Origin: Candidatus Jorgensenbacteria bacterium GW2011_GWA1_48_11
GTDB taxonomy: Bacteria; Patescibacteriota; Minisyncoccia; UBA6257; GWB1-50-10
Direction of reading: 5' to 3'
DNA: 64,000 nucleotides
Assembly (NCBI GenBank): GCA_001003475.1
Contig: LCPF01000001.1
Coordinates: 328,549-392,548, forward strand
Within the stretch, counting starts at the first letter, position 1. Each line of letters opens with the position of its first letter. A model generated the notes under the pieces. That model was not told the DNA's origin. It saw only the letters and a list, made by a program, of their open reading frames with translations, and searched no databases. Of this stretch, positions 28,167-38,083 are shown piece by piece. Made by a program: the position numbers and the translations under genes.

Positions 28167-29138
28167 ATGGAAACACAAACCCTTTATAGAACTTTCGATA
28201 CGAGATTTGAAAAGGAAGTACTGCCTTACATTGAGAAAAAGCTTCCACGGGATTATTTTTCAGAACCGATTTATTACTATATTGATAATTTTCAAATGCG
28301 TCGTTTCCGCGCAGTATTGCCTCTTATTATCGCCGAACATACCGGCGTCAATTATGAAGACGCTTTGGCGCTTGGAGCGGCATCCGAGCTCATCTTTACC
28401 ATCGCCTTAGTTCAGGACGACTTTATAGACGGCGATAAGATGAGGGGTGATATTTTAGCAGCTCACGAGAAATACGGCGCAGGGCGAGTCTTAGCATCGG
28501 CTGATTATGCGTATGGTGCGGTCTACGATATGATTTCGGATTTATCTCGTGGCGATGTGCCTGCGGCCGCTTTTAAAACAATCCTGGAAGGATTTCAGAA
28601 ATCCCATAGAGATCTTTATCAGAGTTTTATTATGGAATTAGGCTTTCAATTTCCCACCATTGAGATTACCAAAGAATATGTGAGGAAGGTGCATTTAGCG
28701 AAAACGGCACAGGGAATTAACGCTCTTTATTGTATCGGGGTACTAGCAGAACAAAAATCGGCCGGAAAGTTATCTCGAATATTTAAACGCTACGCGGAAC
28801 TGTTGGGAAGCGCCGGACAGATTAAAAATGATGTTTATGATTTCACGCGATATGCCGAATCAAGGGGATTATCCGATTTTCGCAATGGATATATCACATA
28901 CCCTCTCGCATATCTTGCAGAAGTAGTCGATCGAGTTCATTTAAGCGATATTCTTAAGAAGAAAGACGTGGATGGTTTTATGGATTTAATGAAGGAATAT
29001 AATGTAGTTGAAATATTGCGTAAAGAGATAAATGATCTTGCCGATCAAGCGATTTCAATTATCAAAGAAATTCCTTTGCCGATGCCGCTTAAGGAGATCT
29101 TAGAGTGTTGGGCGGAAGGCAATAGATTTACTCGTTAA
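28167..29138 (+). CDS. Polyprenyl synthetase family (trans-prenyltransferase fold)
   Basis: R.R, ELI....LVQDDFIDGD..RG (FARM), KTA, QIKNDVYD (altered SARM), SD..G..TYP. Confidence 0.85.
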   Translation: METQTLYRTFDTRFEKEVLPYIEKKLPRDYFSEPIYYYIDNFQMRRFRAVLPLIIAEHTGVNYEDALALGAASELIFTIALVQDDFIDGDKMRGDILAAHEKYGAGRVLASADYAYGAVYDMISDLSRGDVPAAAFKTILEGFQKSHRDLYQSFIMELGFQFPTIEITKEYVRKVHLAKTAQGINALYCIGVLAEQKSAGKLSRIFKRYAELLGSAGQIKNDVYDFTRYAESRGLSDFRNGYITYPLAYLAEVVDRVHLSDILKKKDVDGFMDLMKEYNVVEILRKEINDLADQAISIIKEIPLPMPLKEILECWAEGNRFTR

Positions 29139-30301
29139 TTTTCTTGATTAAAATAATGTTCATTCCTTAAAAGATTTTTATTAAAAATATCTAAGACTTG
29201 TCTTGCTCGGTTACGCCATTCATAACTTTTAACGTCAATTATTGCTTGTTTCGCTAGAGAACTAGCCAATTTTTTATCTTGAATAAGTTTTGCAATACCA
29301 TCAGCCAGTATTTTTGGATTATTCGGTTCAACCAAGAGAGCATTAGCATCATTTAATACTTCACGTATTGATGGCAAATTGCTAGCTATTATTGGTGTGT
29401 TGCTGGCCATATACTCAAAAAGTTTTAACGGAGAAGTCAGTTTTTCCGAGATTTGATTCCCCTTTTTATTAGGTAGTATCAGAATATCGGCTGCTTTAAG
29501 ATAGAGAGGGATTGAGGCGTGTGGCTGACGACCAACACATAAGACGTTTTCGGGCAAGAATTCTCCGGTAGATTTTTCCGCGTCCGACGAATTTCCACCC
29601 ACGACTACGAAAATAAAATCATTGGTGAAAAATTTCGCGGCTTTGATAAAAACATCTTCTCCTTTCCAATCCTTGTAAAATCCTACACTACCGCTATATA
29701 GGATAATTTTCTTGTTTAAGGGCAGATTTGTGATTTTTCTGGCTTCCAAATGATTTGTATTTAGGTCAAATTTTTTCAAATCGACCCCATCTGGAAGAAG
29801 AGAGATTTTTTGCGGTGAGATATAATACTGATTCTTAATTATTTCAACCATCGCTTTTGTAATGGTTACGATAAGATCGACTCGAGGAAAAACATATCGA
29901 TCAAGCGGAAAAGGTACGTGAGCTTCCATAACAATTCTAATGTTGCTGGAAAAAAGTTTTTTCCAAATCAAGGCGTAAGTCGCAAGACGCGTGTCTTTAA
30001 AATACAGAATGGTTTGGGAAACGGTTGATCGATTTGAGATCAATAAAAAAGGCATCCATAAAAAATAATAGTAGATGGAGAAAAAGCGTTTAAAGAAAGG
30101 GGGGTTTACGATATGGTGCGGTATTTTTGAAAGATTTTCATTTTCTTCTCCAGAGCAGACAAGAATAAATCCGTTACCGAGTAGTTGGCTGAAGGCTTGA
30201 GCCATCGAGAGTACTTGGATTTGGTTGGCAAAGCACGTCCTAAAGTTGAGAGGTGTAATATAAATAAGTTTTTTATTCTCCAGCATATCAATTATTTCCA
30301 T
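29135..30301 (-). CDS. Glycosyltransferase family 4
   Basis: ANQIQV, PDGVD, KG, ADILILP, SPLKLFEYMA..PIIAS.LP.I.EVL. Confidence 0.92.
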   Translation of the reverse strand: MEIIDMLENKKLIYITPLNFRTCFANQIQVLSMAQAFSQLLGNGFILVCSGEENENLSKIPHHIVNPPFFKRFFSIYYYFLWMPFLLISNRSTVSQTILYFKDTRLATYALIWKKLFSSNIRIVMEAHVPFPLDRYVFPRVDLIVTITKAMVEIIKNQYYISPQKISLLPDGVDLKKFDLNTNHLEARKITNLPLNKKIILYSGSVGFYKDWKGEDVFIKAAKFFTNDFIFVVVGGNSSDAEKSTGEFLPENVLCVGRQPHASIPLYLKAADILILPNKKGNQISEKLTSPLKLFEYMASNTPIIASNLPSIREVLNDANALLVEPNNPKILADGIAKLIQDKKLASSLAKQAIIDVKSYEWRNRARQVLDIFNKNLLRNEHYFNQEN

Positions 30302-30431
30302 TTAGTAATTTATTTAATTTCATAAGATATGTTGTTTTTGGAATTCTAACCATCGATTTATAGATACTATACAATTCTCAAAGTACTATTCCAATTGGGG
30401 AATTCCGGGCGGGTTTGCTAGAATGAATCTT

Positions 30432-30890
30432 ATGTGGGAATTTCTGAAGCAGACTCATCTTGGATTAAAGGCGAAGAAAAGAAAGGAGCAGTTTCTTATT
30501 TTTTTGAGTTTTCTCGTTACTTTCATTGTCGCGCGGTTCGTCGCCGATCTGCAGGATTCCGGCTATCTTTCCTTTCTTTTCGTGGGCGGCGTCCACATCC
30601 ATCATTTGGTTTTCGGGATTTTCTTCCTGATCATGAGCGGCTACCTGGCCATTTCTTACAGCCACAAGGAAGATTTCAAATCATTTACGGCCGTGCTCTT
30701 CGGCATCGGCGCCGCTCTGACCGTGGACGAGTTCACGCTCTGGCTTTTCTTGGACAACAATTATTGGGATCGGGTTGGTCGCTACAATGTCGACGCCATG
30801 ATAGTACTCGCCGGCGTTTTTTTCATCATCTACCTTTTGGGCGAGGCCCACGACTGGAAGCTTTCGAAAAAGATAAAAAGCGGAGTTTGA
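30432..30890 (+). CDS. Hypothetical membrane protein
   Basis: HIHH..GI, FGIG.AL..DEF.LW; 4 TM. Confidence 0.75.
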   Translation: MWEFLKQTHLGLKAKKRKEQFLIFLSFLVTFIVARFVADLQDSGYLSFLFVGGVHIHHLVFGIFFLIMSGYLAISYSHKEDFKSFTAVLFGIGAALTVDEFTLWLFLDNNYWDRVGRYNVDAMIVLAGVFFIIYLLGEAHDWKLSKKIKSGV

Positions 30891-30918
30891 GGAACTTTGG
30901 CAATGTTAGAATTGATTA

Positions 30919-32010
30919 ATGACTGAAAAGCAGTGGCGTTCGACGATTCTGGCTCTTGTGGCGGTGTTCCTCGTTGTGTTTTTTTTCATTCCCGGCGAAG
31001 GGAAGCGGCCAGCCCAAACCGAGGAGACGGTTTCTTTTATTCCTCCTCTTTCGATCCCGATGGCTTCGGTCGACGACGTCCGGGCGATCTATCTTACGGC
31101 TCAGACGGCGGCCAGGCCCGAACGGGTTCAGGCCCTGATCGATCTCGTGAAGACCACGGAATTGAATGCGGTCGTCATTAACGTCAAGGACAGTGACGGC
31201 ATTTATCTCGACGGGAACATGAGGCGGGTGGTCGAGAAACTTTTGGCGAACGGCATTTACCCGATCGCCCGGATGGTGGTTTTCCAAGACAACTTTTTGG
31301 CGAGAACCCGGCCGGAACTGGCTTTAAAGAACCGGGACAATTCCCTTTGGCGGGGCAATAACGGCGCTTTATGGATCGACCCCGCGAGCATCGCGGTCTG
31401 GGATTACAATGCCAATATCGCCGAAGAAGCGCTCGCCATCGGTTTCAAGGAAATAAACCTTGACTACATCCGTTTTCCCTCGGACGGCGACGTTTCGGAG
31501 ATAGTTTATCCTTTTTACAACGCCTCAAGCTCGAAGAGCGCGGTCATGCGGGATTTTTTCGATTATTTTTCTTCGCGTCTCAAAGCCGACCGGCCGCAAG
31601 CCGTTCTTTCGGCGGATCTTTTCGCTTTCAGTTTCATTCAGGATGACGGTTTGGGCGTAGGCCAAAGAGTGCCCGTGGCCGCCGAATATTTCGACGTTCT
31701 TTCGCCGATGATCTACCCTTCGCACTACACGCCCGGCAATTTCGGCTTCGAGAACCCGGCCGAGCACCCTTACGAGGTCGTCTCGAGCACCTTGGCTTCC
31801 GGCCAAAAGTTTTTTCCGGATTCTTTGAAGAAGGCGATCGTCCGACCCTGGCTCCAAAGTTTTAATTTGGGGGCCGAATATACGCCGGCAATGGTGCGGC
31901 AGGAAATTCAAGCTTTGCTCGATCGGGGTTTCCGCAACAGCTGGATGCTGTGGAATCCGAATAATGTCTATAATCCGGACAATTTTTTGAAACGCCGGGA
32001 GTATAATTAA
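30919..32010 (+). CDS. Putative glycoside hydrolase (DUF4015-like), membrane-anchored
   Basis: LNAVVI.VK, IAR.VVFQD, WIDP, DYIRFP, SPMIYPSHY, RPWLQ.F. Confidence 0.85.
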   Translation: MTEKQWRSTILALVAVFLVVFFFIPGEGKRPAQTEETVSFIPPLSIPMASVDDVRAIYLTAQTAARPERVQALIDLVKTTELNAVVINVKDSDGIYLDGNMRRVVEKLLANGIYPIARMVVFQDNFLARTRPELALKNRDNSLWRGNNGALWIDPASIAVWDYNANIAEEALAIGFKEINLDYIRFPSDGDVSEIVYPFYNASSSKSAVMRDFFDYFSSRLKADRPQAVLSADLFAFSFIQDDGLGVGQRVPVAAEYFDVLSPMIYPSHYTPGNFGFENPAEHPYEVVSSTLASGQKFFPDSLKKAIVRPWLQSFNLGAEYTPAMVRQEIQALLDRGFRNSWMLWNPNNVYNPDNFLKRREYN

Positions 32011-32013
32011 TTC

Positions 32014-32598
32014 ATGCGCAGGGTTTTTTTGATTCACGGCTGGATGGGTTCGCCGCACGGCGACTGGTTGCCGTGGCTGAAGAGGGAGCTTGAGAAAAAA
32101 GGTTTTGACGCCTTCGCGCCGCATATGCCCGAACCGGCCAAGCCGGAAATCAAATCTTGGATCTCGCAAATAGACGGTGCGGTCGGTTTGCCCGATGCAG
32201 AAACCTATTTCGTGGGCCATAGCGTCGGCTGTCAGGCCGTCCTGCGGTATTTGGCTGCGACGGGCGGCGAAATCGGCGGCGCCGTGCTCATCGCGCCCTG
32301 GTTTTCGCTCGCGGCCGGCGCCCTCGAGACTGCGGAAGACGAAGCGATCGCCGAGCCGTGGCTTAAGACGCCGATCGATTTCGAAAAGATCCGCGAAGCG
32401 ACCGGCAAATTCACGGCTATTTTTTCCGACAACGACCCTTGGGTGGATTGGCAGGAAAATTCGGAGATCGTGAAGGAAAAACTCGGCGCCAAGACCGTTA
32501 TTCTGCACGAGCAGGGGCATTTTTCCGAGATGGTTGGCGGCGTTTTGGAATTGCCGGTTGTTTTAGCCGAAATCCTGAAAATCGCCGGTAGGGTATAA
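32014..32598 (+). CDS. RBBP9/YdeN alpha/beta hydrolase
   Basis: IHGW, W.PWL, GHSVG, SDNDP, GHF. Confidence 0.9.
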   Translation: MRRVFLIHGWMGSPHGDWLPWLKRELEKKGFDAFAPHMPEPAKPEIKSWISQIDGAVGLPDAETYFVGHSVGCQAVLRYLAATGGEIGGAVLIAPWFSLAAGALETAEDEAIAEPWLKTPIDFEKIREATGKFTAIFSDNDPWVDWQENSEIVKEKLGAKTVILHEQGHFSEMVGGVLELPVVLAEILKIAGRV

Positions 32599-32607
32599 TA
32601 AAAACGT

Positions 32608-33621
32608 ATGCGGGGGATGAAAATCGCTTTTTTTGAGCTTGAAGGCTGGGAAGAAAAGATCATCCGAGCCAATTTTCCGAACGAAGAACTCTCATTTTTC
32701 GATGGGCATTTCGACGACCTGACGCCGCCGCCGAAAAACGAGTTCGACGTCGTCTCTATTTTCGTCGATTCCAAGATCACGCCCAAAACCCTGGCTCGGT
32801 TCCCGAACTTGAAATTTTTAACCACCCGTTCGACGGGTTATGACCATATTGATCTGAAAGCCCTGAAAAAAAGGAACGTTCAGGCGGCTTACGTGCCGGG
32901 CTACGGCGACAACACCGTGGCCGAGTTCGCCTTCGGCCTGATCCTGAACTTGACCCGCAAGATCTATCTGGCGATCGATCAGGTCAAGGAAATCGAATCA
33001 TTCGATTTGAAAAATCTGCGGGGCATGGATTTGAAGAATAAGACGATCGGCGTCGTCGGCACCGGCCGCATCGGCAAAGAGGTGATCAGGATCGCGAAGG
33101 GGTTCGGCCTGAACGTGCTGGCCTACGATCCTTTCCCGAAGAACGACTTGGCGAAGCTCATTGGTTACGAATATGTGAGCCTTACGGATTTGCTCAAGAA
33201 TTCGGACATCGTGACCATTCACTGTCCTTACAACAGGAAAACCCGCCACCTGCTGAATAAAAAGAACATTAAGTTCGTGAAACGCGGCGCCTATCTCGTG
33301 AATACCGCTCGGGGCGGCATTGTCGAAACCGAGGCTCTGGTTTTGGCACTGAACGAGGGGATTTTGGCCGGCGCGGCCTTGGACGTGCTTGAGGAAGAGG
33401 GCGAAACCAAGGACGAAATGAAATTTTTGAGCGCGATCGGCGGGCACGGCGAGAATCTCCGGACCATCCTCGAAAACCACATTTTGATGAAAATGCCGAA
33501 CGTTTTGATCACGCCCCACAACGCTTTCAATTCCCAGGAAGCGCTGGAGCGGATTCTGAATACGACGATCCAGAATATCAAAAGCTTCCTCGCCGGCCGG
33601 CCGGAAAACCTCGTGCCTTAA
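32608..33621 (+). CDS. D-2-hydroxyacid (D-lactate-type) dehydrogenase
   Basis: RSTGYDHID, VAEF, GTGRIG, NTARG, LDVLEEE, ITPHNAF. Confidence 0.9.
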   Translation: MRGMKIAFFELEGWEEKIIRANFPNEELSFFDGHFDDLTPPPKNEFDVVSIFVDSKITPKTLARFPNLKFLTTRSTGYDHIDLKALKKRNVQAAYVPGYGDNTVAEFAFGLILNLTRKIYLAIDQVKEIESFDLKNLRGMDLKNKTIGVVGTGRIGKEVIRIAKGFGLNVLAYDPFPKNDLAKLIGYEYVSLTDLLKNSDIVTIHCPYNRKTRHLLNKKNIKFVKRGAYLVNTARGGIVETEALVLALNEGILAGAALDVLEEEGETKDEMKFLSAIGGHGENLRTILENHILMKMPNVLITPHNAFNSQEALERILNTTIQNIKSFLAGRPENLVP

Positions 33622-33691
33622 ATGAATTCAGAAACAAGGAATTGTCAGAATTGCCAGCCCAAGGCTGGTCCGCCTCGGGCGGACAAACATC
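33622..33691 (+). pseudogene. Orphan 5' stub (MNSETRNCQNC) of a Cys-rich gene plus 30-bp palindromic element at 33654-33683
   Basis: Stub matches the start of the next gene (MAESQTKVCQNC) but is out of frame with it. Confidence 0.75.
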
Positions 33692-35398
33692 ATGGCTGAA
33701 TCACAAACTAAAGTTTGTCAGAATTGTCATGGTTCATTCGTCATTGAACCGGAGGATTTCCAGTTTTACGAAAAAATCCAGGTCCCGCCGCCCACCTGGT
33801 GCCCGGAGTGTCGTAATCAGAGGCGCTTGGCTTTCCGAAACGAGCGTAGTTTGCACAAAAGAAAATGCGATTTTTCTGGAGAAAATATGATTTCGTTGTA
33901 TCCACCGAATACCCCATTCCCCGTTTATCAACAAAAATATTGGTGGAGCGACAAGTGGGACCCCCTTTCGTATGGAAAGGAAATAAATTGGAATGAGCCG
34001 TTTTTGAAACAGATACAAGAATTAAGAAACAGAACCCCGCGCATGAACCTAATCGGTTTGCATCAAACACTTGAGAATAGCGAATACGTGAATATGGCTC
34101 ATAATTTGAAGAATTGCTATCTTATTTTCAACTCCGACTATAACGAGAATTGTTTATATGGTTCTGAAATAGAAAGTTCCAAGGATTGCATTGATAACCT
34201 GATGATCGATTCTTGTACGCTCTGTTACGAATGCATTAATTGCAACAAGTGTTATAAAACTTTTTTCTCCGAGGACTGTAATGAATGCAACGACGTCTAT
34301 TTCTCAAAAGATTGCATCGGGTGCAATAATTGTTTCGGTTGCGTCAATCTCCGGAAAAAAAGCCATCACATTTTTAACAAACCTTATACGAGGGAAGAAT
34401 ATGAAGCAAGAATTAAGGAGTATAACCTGTCGTCTCGAGCGTCGCTTAGGGGTTGGCAAAAGAAAACCCAAGATTTTTGGGAAACCAAGGGAAAATATAA
34501 ACACTTTCACGGTTTACAAAACGATGACGTTTCCGGCGACTATATTAATAATTCAAAGAACATTCACAATTGCTTCATTGTTCGGGGGTCGAAGAATTGT
34601 AAATACTGCATGTGGTTGATTGTTGGAAACAATGAAGATTGTTACGACTATGCCCAATTTGGTCAGAATACAGAACTCATGTACGAAGTGATGCAAGCCG
34701 GATACCAAACCTCCAATGTGAAGTTTAGTTATCTTGTTGCCGCGATGAGCTCAAGTATCGAATACTCCGACTCTGTTTATGGTTCTTCCAACTGTTTCGG
34801 TTGCAGCAATCTGAGAGATAAGGAGTACTGCATTCTGAACAAGCAATATTCTAAAGAAGAATATAACGAATTTATTCCGAAGATTAAAAAGCATATGAAC
34901 GAAAAACCCTATGTTGATAAAAAGGGCAGGGTTTATAAATACGGCGAATTTTTCCCCATCGAGTTAAGTGTAATTCCGTACAATCAATCATCGGCTCAAG
35001 ATTTTTATCCTCTTTCCGAAAAAGACGCCGAAGAAAAAGGGTATTCTTGGAGCGAGATAAAGCTAACCGAGCACGAAATTTCACTATCGTTTGATAAGAT
35101 CCCGGATACAATCGATAAAACCGACGACACCATTATTAAAGAAGTAATTGCTTGTCGTGAATCGGGCAAAGCTTTTCGGATAGTTCCCGATGAACTCAGA
35201 TTGCATCGAGTTTTTAATCTGCCTCTTCCTGATTGTTTGCCAGAAGTGCGCCAAAAGAGAAGAATAGGGAGGCGGAACAAGCCCGTTCTTTACAATCGTG
35301 CCTGTGCCAAGTGCGGCAAGGGGATTCAAACTTCCTACGCTTCCGAGAGGCCGGAGGTAGTGTACTGTGAGCAGTGTTACAACGCCGAAGTGGTATGA
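33692..35398 (+). CDS. CPR-type cysteine-rich repeat protein with terminal Zn ribbons
   Basis: CQNC, PPTWCPECR, WWSD.WD, many C..C repeats, YCILNKQY, YGEFFP, C-terminal YCEQCY. Confidence 0.85.
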   Translation: MAESQTKVCQNCHGSFVIEPEDFQFYEKIQVPPPTWCPECRNQRRLAFRNERSLHKRKCDFSGENMISLYPPNTPFPVYQQKYWWSDKWDPLSYGKEINWNEPFLKQIQELRNRTPRMNLIGLHQTLENSEYVNMAHNLKNCYLIFNSDYNENCLYGSEIESSKDCIDNLMIDSCTLCYECINCNKCYKTFFSEDCNECNDVYFSKDCIGCNNCFGCVNLRKKSHHIFNKPYTREEYEARIKEYNLSSRASLRGWQKKTQDFWETKGKYKHFHGLQNDDVSGDYINNSKNIHNCFIVRGSKNCKYCMWLIVGNNEDCYDYAQFGQNTELMYEVMQAGYQTSNVKFSYLVAAMSSSIEYSDSVYGSSNCFGCSNLRDKEYCILNKQYSKEEYNEFIPKIKKHMNEKPYVDKKGRVYKYGEFFPIELSVIPYNQSSAQDFYPLSEKDAEEKGYSWSEIKLTEHEISLSFDKIPDTIDKTDDTIIKEVIACRESGKAFRIVPDELRLHRVFNLPLPDCLPEVRQKRRIGRRNKPVLYNRACAKCGKGIQTSYASERPEVVYCEQCYNAEVV

Positions 35399-36597
35399 AT
35401 ATAAAAGATTTAAATATTAAAGAGATTAAGGATTCGCGGGGCAACCCGACGATCGAGGTCGGTCTTGTGAGCGAAACAGGCGATTTTTTCAACGCTCAAG
35501 TTCCTTCGGGCAAGAGCGTGGGCGAGCGGGAGGCCATTGTTCTGCCTTTTGGGAAAGCGCGGGAAGTTTTGGACGGCCTTCTCAAAAAAGAGCTGATCGG
35601 CCGCGATTTCGGCGGTGTGAAAGAACTGGACGCGTTCTTGCTCCAGCTCGACCCCACTTCCCAAAAAGAAAGGCTGGGCGGCAATCTGACGCTGGGCCTT
35701 TCCTTGGCTTTCGCCCGGGCCTTGGCCGGGGAGAAAAAATTGGAGCTTTGGGAAATTCTGCGGGGAGAATTTTTTCCGGGTGAAACCGGCAAAATTCTGC
35801 CGCGGATTTTCTCAAACCTCATTAACGGCGGCGTCCACGCCGAAAACAATCTCGATTTCCAGGAATTTTTGGCGGTCGTTGAGCCGAAAGATTCGGTCGA
35901 GGCGGCCGTGGCCAAACTCGGGGATTTTTACGAAAAACTCGGCGAATGGTTCAAGAACGAAAGTGGCTTGGCAAACACTCGCTTGGGCGACGAGGGCGGC
36001 TATGCGCCGAATTTCAAGGACAATTTCGAGCCGTTCCGGATCTTGGGCGAGAGGATTGCGGCTGAAAACCTGGAAGGGGAATTTTCTTTGGGGATGGACG
36101 CGGCCGCCTCGGAACTCTGGAGCGAAGGCAAATACCGGTTCGAAAACCAGCGTCTTTCGGCCGATGAATTGAAACAGGTTTATTTGAACTATTTCCGCCG
36201 GGCACCGTTCCTGTTTTCGCTGGAAGATCCGTTCGACGAGGACGACGGCCAAAGCTTCGGCAATCTTCTGGCGCAGGCGCCGGGCAAGCTCATTATCGGC
36301 GACGATCTCACGACTACGCGGCCGGAAATGATCCAGTCCTGCGCCAGCCACAAATTCGTGAACGGCGTGATCATCAAAGCCAATCAGATCGGCACCCTGA
36401 AGGAGACCTGCGAAGCGGTCAAGGCGGCCAAGGAATCGAAAGTAGATGTGATCGTTTCCCATCGTTCCGGCGAAACAGCGGATAATTTTCTGATCCACAT
36501 CGCCCGGGCCGGGAACGCCCAAGGGGTGAAGATCGGCTCGCCTTACGGCGACCGACTCAGTAAATTTAAGGAACTGGTGAGGGTTTTTTCCCGATGA
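35395..36597 (+). CDS. eno: Enolase (divergent)
   Basis: DSRGNPT, PSGKS.G..EA, INGG.HA, GDEGG, D.AASE, EDPF, GDDL, IKANQIG, SHRSGET. Confidence 0.93.
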   Translation: MNIKDLNIKEIKDSRGNPTIEVGLVSETGDFFNAQVPSGKSVGEREAIVLPFGKAREVLDGLLKKELIGRDFGGVKELDAFLLQLDPTSQKERLGGNLTLGLSLAFARALAGEKKLELWEILRGEFFPGETGKILPRIFSNLINGGVHAENNLDFQEFLAVVEPKDSVEAAVAKLGDFYEKLGEWFKNESGLANTRLGDEGGYAPNFKDNFEPFRILGERIAAENLEGEFSLGMDAAASELWSEGKYRFENQRLSADELKQVYLNYFRRAPFLFSLEDPFDEDDGQSFGNLLAQAPGKLIIGDDLTTTRPEMIQSCASHKFVNGVIIKANQIGTLKETCEAVKAAKESKVDVIVSHRSGETADNFLIHIARAGNAQGVKIGSPYGDRLSKFKELVRVFSR

Positions 36598-36649
36598 AAA
36601 GACAAACCCGCCCGATGATTTCGGGCGGGTCGGCGCTCAGGCGCCGCTT

Positions 36650-36853
36650 TTAGGCGAATTTCTTCTTGAAGATGGGACCCTTAGTGTTTCCTTCGACGAG
36701 CACGTAGAGCCAGAGGAGTTTCGGCCGGAGCTTGTCCCGGACGTCGAGGAGGAGCGAAGCGCAGATGCCGGCTCCCGAGGCCATTTTCTCCAGCCGTTCG
36801 CCGAAAGCGGCGAGAGCTTCGTCTAGGGTCTTGAAGAGGTCGGTCCGCTCCAT
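36650..36853 (-). CDS. Hypothetical protein (GC-rich orphan)
   Basis: ORF closely following 36864-37232; terminator near 36606-36632. Confidence 0.45.
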   Translation of the reverse strand: MERTDLFKTLDEALAAFGERLEKMASGAGICASLLLDVRDKLRPKLLWLYVLVEGNTKGPIFKKKFA

Positions 36854-36863
36854 GGCCCAGCGG

Positions 36864-37232
36864 TCAAGCCAGGGGTTCAGGACGATGAATCTCCGGGCCA
36901 GGAACGCCAAGCGCGTGGTTCACGAGGGTCTGGCCGGTTTCGAGGTCGAGCAAGAATTTCGTCTCGTTCGACGGACCCGGCTTCTGGAGGTCTTCCCAGG
37001 CCTCGCCGCGGATCGGGTAGAACTGGATGTTGGAGATGATGCTGTTCGGCCCGCTGTTGATGACGCGGACAATGGCCCAGTCCCCCCAGGGAAATATCTC
37101 CCCCAGCCGCTCGAGGATTTGCGACTCCTGGCCGAAGAACGGCTCGTCCAGCTGGACCTTTACCCGGCTGTCGGGGTAGCCCAAGCTGTTCACCGTTCCG
37201 AAACCGAATCTGGTAATCACTCTCATGTTCAC
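36864..37232 (-). CDS. Hypothetical protein (GC-rich orphan)
   Basis: SD AAGAGGTGA before GTG; biased codon use. Confidence 0.55.
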   Translation of the reverse strand: MNMRVITRFGFGTVNSLGYPDSRVKVQLDEPFFGQESQILERLGEIFPWGDWAIVRVINSGPNSIISNIQFYPIRGEAWEDLQKPGPSNETKFLLDLETGQTLVNHALGVPGPEIHRPEPLA

Positions 37233-37378
37233 GGGTCACCTCTTTCGGAAGAATTGCCATGTATCAGGGCCGGAAGGAATTATCGGCTTCTATCGGGGAA
37301 TTTGCAAATTTCCGGGCGCTCATTGCTTTTATCCGGCGGCGGGTCTATAAAGTAAGCAGACCCTTTCCCGGAGCGTAT

Positions 37379-37639
37379 ATGGCCGATGCGGGCGAAGACC
37401 GGAATCCGCTGCCGATCCCGGCAGGGGTGACGCAGCAGAAGATCGAGGCGATGCTCGTGACCGACGGCAATTGGCGGCCGGCCAAAGGCTTCGTCTGCCT
37501 CAAGTGCGACGGTCCGGCCATGAAGAACCCCTACACGGACCAGATCTGGGGCTGCGGGCAGTGCGGTCGGACCACTCATTTGCCGGACGTATTCTTCGTG
37601 CCGGCGTCGACCGAGGTGCCCGCCGCCACTCCCGCCTAG
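37379..37639 (+). CDS. Zn-ribbon orphan protein
   Basis: CLKC..CGQC; terminator hairpin follows. Confidence 0.55.
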   Translation: MADAGEDRNPLPIPAGVTQQKIEAMLVTDGNWRPAKGFVCLKCDGPAMKNPYTDQIWGCGQCGRTTHLPDVFFVPASTEVPAATPA

Positions 37640-37726
37640 CCGGAGGAGGTATACCGCCGAGAACCGCTTGCGTTTCCGGCGGTTCTCTTTTTTGACAAAC
37701 AGCGCCGGAAAGTGCTATTTTTATTT

Positions 37727-38040
37727 CCAGCATCAGGAAAGGATTTGGCAGATGCTGGCGCGCAGCTGGCAAGTGACCGACAGTGGGCGCTTGTGAGATT
37801 GTCCCGGTGGCCTTCTTCTTCGCCAACCATCGCCAAGCGTGGTGGCGCCGCTAACAGAGCCGGGGCTGCTCGCTTCCCGAAACAGTCTGCCTCGGGCCGG
37901 TGGCGCCTCGAGGAAAGCGGATGCCGATGATCTCGGCGATATCCGCGGCCGCCAGCCTGCCAAATCCGCTTTGCTCCCGGGACACGCCCATCCCGGGAGA
38001 ATCCAGTGAGCCGCTCGGTCGCCCGGCGGCTCATTTTATT
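37727..38040 (+). ncRNA. Candidate structured non-coding RNA
   Basis: TTGACA/TATTTT promoter, long-range stem GGATTTGGCAG/CTGCCAAATCC, several inner hairpins, terminator 38007-38040; no convincing ORF. Confidence 0.5.
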
Positions 38041-38083
38041 CCCACTTCTTTACAAAAAAAGTTCGCGGTTTATAATGAAACCA

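Noticed and set aside
37727-38040. RNase P RNA
   Set aside because: GAGGAAAG and ACAGA-like words occur in the wrong order and no P4 pairing is evident; left unassigned.
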